Source of the DNA: Histomonas meleagridis 2922-C6/04-290x
Taxonomy: Eukaryota > Protista > Parabasalia
DNA length: 64,000 nucleotides
Direction: 5' to 3'
Assembly: GCA_020184695.1 (NCBI GenBank)
Contig: JAANOX010000132.1
Coordinates: 1 to 64,000, forward strand
The notes beneath the pieces were generated by a model, which was not told the DNA's origin, searched no databases, and was given only the letters and a program-made list of their open reading frames with translations. The position numbers and the translations under genes are program-made. Positions 45,590 to 53,553 of this stretch are shown here, piece by piece; the stretch's first letter is position 1; the number at the start of each line of letters is the position of its first letter.

Positions 45590-47617
45590 TTGACAGTTTT
45601 GAACGTCACTCAAAAATTTTCGGAAATGGTAAAACAAAACATTAATACTCACTTTTTATCTAATTATTTTCATCTATTTTATCACAATTCTTCAAACCAT
45701 AATTACATTGAACAAATTTTTTTGTCCAAAATATCTATTCTAACAATACGAAATTTTATCGATAATAATTACATTATTAATGCATTACATAATATCATTT
45801 TACACCCCTGTTTTACGATATATATATTTTCATGTTTTTATTATTTGCTAAAAGTTATTTTGGTTAATTTAAATTTACTAAAGCGAAAGAATTACAAAAA
45901 AGAAAACTTTAAAAACAAAATTTTTCTGCTTTTGTTTTTTCTCTTTTTTATGAAATCTTTTGAAGCGTTTGATTCATCAACTAAAACGCTCACTATTTCA
46001 TCTTTAAGTGAATATTCTGAAAGAAATACATATAGATCTCAAGCACATTATCTTATTATTGAAAATGGTGTTGAAGAAATCGATGATTATGCTTTTGAGG
46101 AATGGCCTTTACTTAAATCAGCCATTATTAGTGATTCAGTTACATCAATCGGAAGTTATGCATTTTCTTCGTGTGCATCAATGGTTAATATTACAATGCC
46201 AAATTCGATTACTTCAATTGCAAGTTCTCTATTTTATCAATGTGCATCATTAGTAAGTATTTCAATACCAAATACAGTTACATCAATTGGAAGTTTTGCA
46301 TTTAGTGGTTGTACAGCATTAACTGATTTTACATTTCCAAATTTAGTTACAACAATTGAAAGTTATGTATTTTATGAATGCGAATCATTCGTAAATTTCA
46401 TAATACCAAATTCAATTACATCAATCGGAAGTAATGCATTTGCATATTGTAGGAAATTAGAAACAGTAAAAATTAGCGAAAATGTAACAACAATTGGAGA
46501 TAATGCATTTTTTTATTGTATTTATTTAGTAACGAATAAAATTGGTGAAAATGTTGCAACAATAGGAGATTATGCATTTTCACGTTGTGTTGTTTTAGAA
46601 ACGTTTAAAATTGGTGAAAATGTTGCATCAATTGGAGATTATGCATTTCAATTTTGTACCAAGTTAAAATGTATTTATTTCACAGGCAATAAATCGCCAA
46701 CAGATATAAGTTCAAATGCATTTTCAGATGTTCCAGCGCAATATGTTATGACATCAGATTTGTATGAGGATGAAACGTTTGGATCTCTTTCCGTATCGAA
46801 AGGTTCATCGATCGAAGGATGCGATCAATATCCCTGGCCAACGCACACATTCACACAATCGAGTACATTTACTAAGTCAAATACATTTTCGCAATCGAGT
46901 ACATTTACTAAGTCAAATACATTTTCACAATCGAATACATTTACTGAATCAAATACATTTTCACAATCGAACACATATTCTCAGAGTAATACATTTTCTA
47001 ATTCTAATTCATATTCAGAATCAAACACATTTACTAAGACAAACACGTTTTCTAACACGTATACACAAACATTAACATTTTCTAATTTTAATGCTTTTAC
47101 AAATTCAAATACATTTACACAGTCACTGCAATCTGATGCGTCTTTTGTTCATACATTATTCATTACGCAATCCATTACGCAAACAATTATCCCCAAAACT
47201 GTGACTACAAATACTATTTCTCTTTCGTTCATTAATTCTTCGTATTATTATGTTAAAACATTATTTATCTATTATGAATATATAATTATTGAATATTCTT
47301 CATACATTTCATATTATACAGGTTTTTATACGATTATAAAACAAAATGAAATGAATGACAATAATAACAATATGAATAACAAACAAATTATTATAATTAT
47401 CGCTTGCGTTTGTGTAGTAGTAATTATCATTGTTATAATATCTATAATATTAATTATTCATAAAAAACGAAGGAATGAAACAGAAAGTATGAAAGAAGGA
47501 AATGTTGATAATGATAACTTTGATATTTCAATGAATAACTTATCAATAGATATCTCGAAAATTGAAGAAGATCCATTCGCAGTTGATTTCAAAGAAAAGA
47601 AATTTAGACATATTTAA
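45590..47617 (+). CDS. BspA-like LRR surface protein with S/T-rich stalk, TM and EEDPF tail (true start uncertain, ~45920 or 45950)
   Basis: TpLRR repeats (IPNSITSIGSNAFAYC), hexapeptide TF(T/S)xS(N/S) repeats, TM IIIIIACVCVVVIIIVIISIILII and tail EEDPFAVDFKE. Confidence 0.88.
   Translation: MTVLNVTQKFSEMVKQNINTHFLSNYFHLFYHNSSNHNYIEQIFLSKISILTIRNFIDNNYIINALHNIILHPCFTIYIFSCFYYLLKVILVNLNLLKRKNYKKENFKNKIFLLLFFLFFMKSFEAFDSSTKTLTISSLSEYSERNTYRSQAHYLIIENGVEEIDDYAFEEWPLLKSAIISDSVTSIGSYAFSSCASMVNITMPNSITSIASSLFYQCASLVSISIPNTVTSIGSFAFSGCTALTDFTFPNLVTTIESYVFYECESFVNFIIPNSITSIGSNAFAYCRKLETVKISENVTTIGDNAFFYCIYLVTNKIGENVATIGDYAFSRCVVLETFKIGENVASIGDYAFQFCTKLKCIYFTGNKSPTDISSNAFSDVPAQYVMTSDLYEDETFGSLSVSKGSSIEGCDQYPWPTHTFTQSSTFTKSNTFSQSSTFTKSNTFSQSNTFTESNTFSQSNTYSQSNTFSNSNSYSESNTFTKTNTFSNTYTQTLTFSNFNAFTNSNTFTQSLQSDASFVHTLFITQSITQTIIPKTVTTNTISLSFINSSYYYVKTLFIYYEYIIIEYSSYISYYTGFYTIIKQNEMNDNNNNMNNKQIIIIIACVCVVVIIIVIISIILIIHKKRRNETESMKEGNVDNDNFDISMNNLSIDISKIEEDPFAVDFKEKKFRHI
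46845..47120 (+). repeat. 18-nt tandem coding repeat (TFTQSN-type mucin-like stalk)
   Basis: Repeated acattt(a/t)cNNNNtcNaat units. Confidence 0.85.
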
Positions 47618-48049
47618 ACAAATTAAATGGAAATTTATTGTTTTCCAATGACGTATATCATTAAATTAAATGATGTTGAAAATTTATAAATGATATCAAA
47701 GAGTGAAATAAAATGTTTTGTATAAATCGCTATGTGTTTTAAGAACAAAATTTGTTAATAAGCATAAAAAATTAAAATTTTTTTCTAAGAATAATAATAC
47801 ATTTTTAATCAATGTTTCGTTTGGTTTTGTTGAACAAATTCGTTTTGGAGAGTTCCAATCCAAAAATTGGAAACTCATAGAAGATTGAGAAATATGAAAC
47901 AAACTCAAAGAAAGAGCTGATTGACATAATCTCTTCCACGCTTAGAACTGTTGATAATTTCATTTTGATATATAATAGAATGAATATAATATATCAAATA
48001 AATAACGATCAAATAATCATAATAAATGAATGCCGTAAAGAAATATCAA

Positions 48050-48650
48050 TGTTTGCGTTAATGTTTTTGTATATGTTAAAGTAATAGTGATTCCAATGAA
48101 AATGCAAAAGATTTTTATTCTGTAAATGTATTTGCTTTAGTAATTATAAATTTATTTGATTGAGAAATTTATTAGTAATTATAAGTAAATATATTAGTAT
48201 ATATAAGTAAATTTATTAGTAATTATAAATTTATTTGATTTAGTAAATGTATTCTTTTTAGTGAATGAATGTGTTGATGAAACACTTGCATTTGGCATCG
48301 CTCTTATAGTTACATTTAGGCCGCCAAATGTTATACCAATATAAGTTTCTTTTGTATAATGAAGTAGAAATATCTGTAAAAATATTTTTTAAACTCGTCG
48401 GATCAGTTTCGACAAAATAATAAATATATTTGAGCCTGGAATATGATGAAAATGTTTGCTTCAATTGTTATGACATCCGATGTTGTACCAATATAGATCG
48501 TTTCTGTTACATGAATAACTTGATTGGCTTTCAATAGCTGTTCTTGAAGATGGAAGTTTATATGTTATATGGCTTTCCTAATGGATAATGAATGACTCTA
48601 TTGATAAGTTTGTTAAACAAAATGCAACATTTTGAATTATCAAATAATGT
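48050..48650 (-). pseudogene. Degraded BspA-like pseudogene, convergent with the intact BspA gene
   Basis: Broken frames give KLPSSRTAIESQSSYSC, RLKYIYYFVETDPTSL, KETYIGITFGGLNVT...THSFT and TFTKSNKF / FSQSNKF. This parallels the order in 45590..47617 (KCIYFTGNKSPT...ETFGSLSV...THTFTQS). Confidence 0.6.
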
Positions 48651-48976
48651 AAAACAATTTGCAAAAAATAAAAAATTCAAAAAAAGATAATATTTTTTTG
48701 TTTGATGTTATGCGTGGTGTTTAGAAAAAAAAATTTATTCTTAAAACAAATGAAATCAAAAAAAGAATACAAATTTTAATGATTCCTTTGGAAATTTTAT
48801 GTTTTGCTAGAGCACAATGAAAAGGATGAAATAAGTAATTCACAATAAAAGGTGATGTTAAACAATTGTTAAACTTTGTTAAGTTTTAATAAGTAAACAT
48901 TTGAATATTCACTTTTTAAATTTAATTTAATTTAATAAAATTTTATCAAAACACATAATTTACAAATAAAGTTAAT

Positions 48977-49918
48977 TCATTTTGCAAATGCCAAAACTTG
49001 AGAGCTAATCCTCATTGAGTTACTCTCTATTTCTACCTTAGAAACAATTCCTGATGATGATACAATAATGAACAAATTTTCTTCCAAAAAAACCAAGTCA
49101 GCGCATTTCATACTGTTAATATTCAATTTAGAAATTGCCTTTGGTGGTGATTCTTCATTAGTACATCTTTCGAAAGCATTAAATAGATGAACTGTACCTT
49201 TATCACTTATTGCGACAAGCCATTTGTTCGAGGGTGAAAATGCAAGTGCCATAATTCTTGAAGGAAATGATCCTCTTCTAAACACACTAATCATTATTCC
49301 ATTTGCAGTATCGAATATTCTTATTAATGTTGCTTTTTGACTTGCTGTTGCAACAAGTGTTGTGTCTGGGCTAAACCTTATAAAAGAGATTGGGTGTTGA
49401 TGTGCTTGAATGAAAATTGGTCTTGAATTTTCATCTTGTGAAAAAATTTGAATTGTACCTGGAGTTAAACCACATATAGCAATCTTTGATTTTTCATCAA
49501 AGAACGTGACTTCTCCTGCTCCATCTGTGTTAGTAGATGTTAATTGTTCAAATTGAATTGCTTTTTGAGAAATATCATATAAACAAATAGAATTAGAAAG
49601 AATAATTATGAGTATATGTTTTCTAATACATACTGAACAAACAGGTTCATCAAAATTAAGTTCACATTCTGATTCACCAAAAAAATTATTCCATAAAAAT
49701 ACTTTATACTGCATGGATGCTGACAAAAGAGGTTTTACAGCAAATGCTGTTTGATTTCCTTCTGAACTTGTTGAAATACAAATAATATTAAAATTTATAA
49801 AATCTTTCTTATATTTTTTTTGTAAAGGAGTGAAAGAGTATACCTCATATCCGTGCTCGAAAGCAAATGTAAAATATTCTCCTTCGTCTCCAATCGAAAG
49901 AGCAACGATTCCCGCCAT
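48977..49918 (-). CDS. Atg18/WIPI-like PROPPIN WD40 protein
   Basis: VATASQKATLIRIF...FRRG...LAFSP...SDKGTVHLF, including the phosphoinositide-binding FRRG motif. Confidence 0.85.
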   Translation of the reverse strand: MAGIVALSIGDEGEYFTFAFEHGYEVYSFTPLQKKYKKDFINFNIICISTSSEGNQTAFAVKPLLSASMQYKVFLWNNFFGESECELNFDEPVCSVCIRKHILIIILSNSICLYDISQKAIQFEQLTSTNTDGAGEVTFFDEKSKIAICGLTPGTIQIFSQDENSRPIFIQAHQHPISFIRFSPDTTLVATASQKATLIRIFDTANGIMISVFRRGSFPSRIMALAFSPSNKWLVAISDKGTVHLFNAFERCTNEESPPKAISKLNINSMKCADLVFLEENLFIIVSSSGIVSKVEIESNSMRISSQVLAFAK

Positions 49919-50093
49919 AAGTTTTTTTTTGTAAAATCTTTTGTCAGTTTTCTATCGTCATCAGAAACATTTTTCATTTTCGCTCATCCCAAAAAGCAAA
50001 AAGCAAAAATCGAAAGGTTAAACACAACTTTCCGCGGAACAAGTCCCTTAAACTTACCGAAAAAAAGACGTTATCAATGAATTAATTTTAATT

Positions 50094-50438
50094 TCAAATG
50101 ACATTCCTTGAATGCATAGGAATTTTAGCTTCTATTTCCCCATCTTCAGCAACAATTCTAGCTGTACATGATAACCTTGAGTCATCGTGTACGTCTACAG
50201 CAAAATCAAGTGTATCATTTTCTTTATCAGAAATTTCGTTTAAAAGATCCATTCCTTTTGTGACATAAACGTGACAAGTTCCGCAAGCACAAGATCCTTC
50301 ACAAGCACATGGAATTTTAATTCCATTTTTTTCGGCGACATGTAATAAGCTTTCGCCAACTGCACCTTGGACAACTTTGTCAACATCTTTCCCGATGAAT
50401 TTAATATTTACAAGACTTCTCTTAAACGCGGATAACAT
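50094..50438 (-). CDS. fdx: Hydrogenosomal adrenodoxin-type [2Fe-2S] ferredoxin
   Basis: CEGSCACGTCH...SRLSC cluster motif and short leader MLSAFKRS. Confidence 0.9.
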   Translation of the reverse strand: MLSAFKRSLVNIKFIGKDVDKVVQGAVGESLLHVAEKNGIKIPCACEGSCACGTCHVYVTKGMDLLNEISDKENDTLDFAVDVHDDSRLSCTARIVAEDGEIEAKIPMHSRNVI

Positions 50439-50465
50439 TTGTGATCTGCTTTTGATTCACAGTTT
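50439..50465. promoter_or_regulatory. 27-nt bidirectional core promoter with back-to-back TCAC initiators
   Basis: Minus strand atcacaaATG (fdx) and plus strand ttcacagtttATG (50466). TCAY is the known trichomonad Inr. Confidence 0.5.
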
Positions 50466-50870
50466 ATGTTAAAAATTTCAGTCAATTTTTTTATGGTATC
50501 AATCGTTCGGAACTTCTGTCTTTCCGGGTTCAATGTTTCTTGGATCAATGCCATTACCAAAATAGGATACATTAAGATTGAATATGATGAATCCAAGTCC
50601 AATTTCTCTGACATGTATATCCTTGCAGATCAAATCGCTCAATCCATTCGAGAAACTGAATCACTTCAACCCGTAATGTTTGCATTCCATTATTATGAAC
50701 CTGTAAATCGTAAGCCGACACTTTCAGTTATTCCACGATTTCCAAATGATTATGAAAACCATAATTATGTTTATACACTCTCAGAACTTGAAGAACAAAA
50801 AGAAACGACAACAAAAGAAGCCATTGAGCCACACATTAATAATCTTTTAAATCGTTTTCAATGTAAATAA
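50466..50870 (+). CDS. Hypothetical protein
   Basis: 134-aa ORF with Inr upstream and ordinary globular composition. Confidence 0.55.
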   Translation: MLKISVNFFMVSIVRNFCLSGFNVSWINAITKIGYIKIEYDESKSNFSDMYILADQIAQSIRETESLQPVMFAFHYYEPVNRKPTLSVIPRFPNDYENHNYVYTLSELEEQKETTTKEAIEPHINNLLNRFQCK

Positions 50871-50973
50871 ATAAATAAAAAGACAAAATTTAAAATGTCA
50901 TTTTGAATTCAAAAAGAAAATTTTCGTCAATAACTAAACGGTCGCCAGTAAGGGGAAGATCCTTTGGGTTCAA

Positions 50974-53391
50974 ATGAAAAACAACCAACCGATTGTGAGC
51001 CATGAAAGTTATTACCTTAATGGCTCACCTGAGGAACTTGCGTTGAATTTCCCGCCCACCGAAATTGATCGTAGAGAATCAGATACTTATGTTGAAGCAG
51101 ATCCAGCTACGTTATCAACTTTTCTTTATCCAACTAATGTCACTAGACGTGATTATCAATTCGAAATCTCACAAGAATGTTTCCATCAAAACACATTAGT
51201 ATGTTTACCAACAGGCGCTGGTAAAACTTTAATAGCTGCAGTCGCTATGATGAATTTTCACAGATGGTTTCCAAAAGGGATAATAATTTTCATGGCTACA
51301 ACGCGTAATTTAGTTACCCAACAAATTGACGCGTGTACCTCATTCACAAATATACCTCAAAGTAAAGTCACAACTATAATTGGAACTTCCACATCTAAAG
51401 GGCGCTCAAGTGTATGGGATGAATACACAGTTTTTTTTTGCACACCACAAATAGTTCAAAATGACATTGAAAAAAAGCGCTTAGACCCGTCGAATATAAT
51501 TTTGTTGATATTTGATGAAGCACATCATGCGCATGGTAACTATGCATATTCACGTGTTGTTCGATTGGTTGCAGCGCGAACAAGTCAATTTCGAGTCATT
51601 GGGTTATCAGCAACGCCCGGCAATAACATGAACTCGATCCAAACAGTTATCTTTAATTTGATGATCAGTAAGGTCATATATAAAGATGACAATGATCCGG
51701 ACATAGCGAAGTATCAACATAAGACAGACATCGAAATAGTTACAGTACCATTAGGTGGCGATGAAACTTTGTTAATGAATTTCTTAGGCCAATGTATGAC
51801 AAAAATAGCAGAACAACTTCAAGCAAAAGGATTATTACGTACTTCGAATCCACAAAACCTTACGCATGGATTAGTGTGGGTGTCAATGAATAACTTCCAA
51901 AAGCAGCCGGGCGAATACAGCAAAGACAAATTTTTCCTTCTCGACTTGTTTGGTATCTTAAATAGCTTATCATTTATATATGAAAAACTATTGAAGTATG
52001 GCGCAGAACATTTAAATGAAGGACTAAAGGATTTCATGAAGAAACGTAAAGACACTGAATCAAAGCGTAAACTTGTGACAAGTCCTGCGTTCCAAAGCTT
52101 ATTACGGTATAGTGAACAAGCGAAAAATATATCACATCCGAAACTTGCGAAACTTTCGATAATATTATCTGATTTCTATGAGAATAATCCGAGCTCAAGA
52201 TCGATAATATTTACGCAATTTCGTGCTGTTGCTTATGCAATTGTGAAACATTTAGAAAATGTACCATTGGTTAAGCCATCGATATTTATCGGTAAATCAA
52301 CAACTAAAAAAAACGAAGGATTAACAGATGCTACACAATTAGAAGTAGTTTCATTATTTCGGAAAGGTTCTATTAATTGTATTGTAGCAACATCAGTAGG
52401 TGAAGAAGGTTTAGATATTGGCGAAGTAGATTTAATTATATGTTTTGATACTTCAGCTTCCCCTTTAAAAACTGTGCAAAGAATGGGAAGAACAGGTCGA
52501 AAACGCGCCGGTCGTGTAGTGTTTTTAATGACTGAAGGTTACGAAGAAAAGAATTTGGACAAGGTGAAAAATACGAAGTCATATATCAAAAGCAAACTTA
52601 CAACTGATTTATCGAAGTTTGTTTTGTATCATCCAAAAATATCTAATGTACCGATACCGAATAATTTAAGTGTTATTAACTTAAAATGTTTACAAAACGA
52701 AAAAAGAATTCATGTAATCGATAATAATAATGATACGAAAAGTCCATTTCTACAAAAAAATGAATTATATGCATTGGAATGTTGTTTCGGAAGGAATTTG
52801 AAGTATCATAAGTTTAGAGTATCGACATATGATTCAAATGTAGCAGTAATTACACATTCGGCTGAAAGTAATATTCTTTCATCAATATATAAACAATGTA
52901 AAATAGGTCAAAATGATGAAGAAGATGAAGACATTGAAAGTCTAATTAGAAAATTATCACAAAATGTTGAAAGTAATGATAATAATGTTGAAAATCCTTT
53001 TATGATCGATTCTGATGATGAAAGTGATAATGATCGAAAAAATACTCCGTGTATGTCATTGGCTGAACATTTGGCAAGTCAAAGAATGGAAGAAAATGAT
53101 TTCTTAAGTGATGATGACGATGATTTATATATTGAAGAAATTGAACATTTAGAAAGTAGTAAACAAATTAAGCAAACAGATGAAAACGCGTTTTTAAGTG
53201 ATGACGATAGCGATGATAAATTTTTGGATGAAAGTGATGATATTACTATTGATGATGAAATTGAAGTCGAAAGAAGTTTATGTAACAGAAACAGAAATAG
53301 TGAAGTTCCAATAGAAACAGTAATGATGACACCGCAGCAAAGTTCTTTTTTAGATGATTCGGATATGGATGTTGATTTAGATGATATTTAA
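50974..53391 (+). CDS. FANCM: FANCM/Mph1-like SF2 helicase
   Basis: LPTGAGKT, DEAHHA, LSATPG, GEEGLDIGEVDLIICFD, QRMGRTGR and an acidic tail. Confidence 0.88.
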   Translation: MKNNQPIVSHESYYLNGSPEELALNFPPTEIDRRESDTYVEADPATLSTFLYPTNVTRRDYQFEISQECFHQNTLVCLPTGAGKTLIAAVAMMNFHRWFPKGIIIFMATTRNLVTQQIDACTSFTNIPQSKVTTIIGTSTSKGRSSVWDEYTVFFCTPQIVQNDIEKKRLDPSNIILLIFDEAHHAHGNYAYSRVVRLVAARTSQFRVIGLSATPGNNMNSIQTVIFNLMISKVIYKDDNDPDIAKYQHKTDIEIVTVPLGGDETLLMNFLGQCMTKIAEQLQAKGLLRTSNPQNLTHGLVWVSMNNFQKQPGEYSKDKFFLLDLFGILNSLSFIYEKLLKYGAEHLNEGLKDFMKKRKDTESKRKLVTSPAFQSLLRYSEQAKNISHPKLAKLSIILSDFYENNPSSRSIIFTQFRAVAYAIVKHLENVPLVKPSIFIGKSTTKKNEGLTDATQLEVVSLFRKGSINCIVATSVGEEGLDIGEVDLIICFDTSASPLKTVQRMGRTGRKRAGRVVFLMTEGYEEKNLDKVKNTKSYIKSKLTTDLSKFVLYHPKISNVPIPNNLSVINLKCLQNEKRIHVIDNNNDTKSPFLQKNELYALECCFGRNLKYHKFRVSTYDSNVAVITHSAESNILSSIYKQCKIGQNDEEDEDIESLIRKLSQNVESNDNNVENPFMIDSDDESDNDRKNTPCMSLAEHLASQRMEENDFLSDDDDDLYIEEIEHLESSKQIKQTDENAFLSDDDSDDKFLDESDDITIDDEIEVERSLCNRNRNSEVPIETVMMTPQQSSFLDDSDMDVDLDDI

Positions 53392-53519
53392 TTACTATAA
53401 ATAAATTGTTTTTAATTTCTATATTTTTCAGTGTTGTTTGTACATTTTTCAAATTATCATATCGTATTTTTCTGAAATAAATAATTTGGGGGTACCCCAA
53501 AAATATAATTTGACTATTT

Positions 53520-53545
53520 AACGGCCTCCAAGTGAACTTCACTTT
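53520..53545 (+). promoter_or_regulatory. M3-like (AACGGY) element plus Inr (TTCACTTT) upstream of the ankyrin gene
   Basis: Similar AACGGYT heptamers lie near other starts (1996, 4040, 13750, 30968 minus, 37123, 38289, 61224). They resemble the Myb-like M3 core element described in T. vaginalis. Confidence 0.5.
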
Positions 53546-53553
53546 CCATAAAT

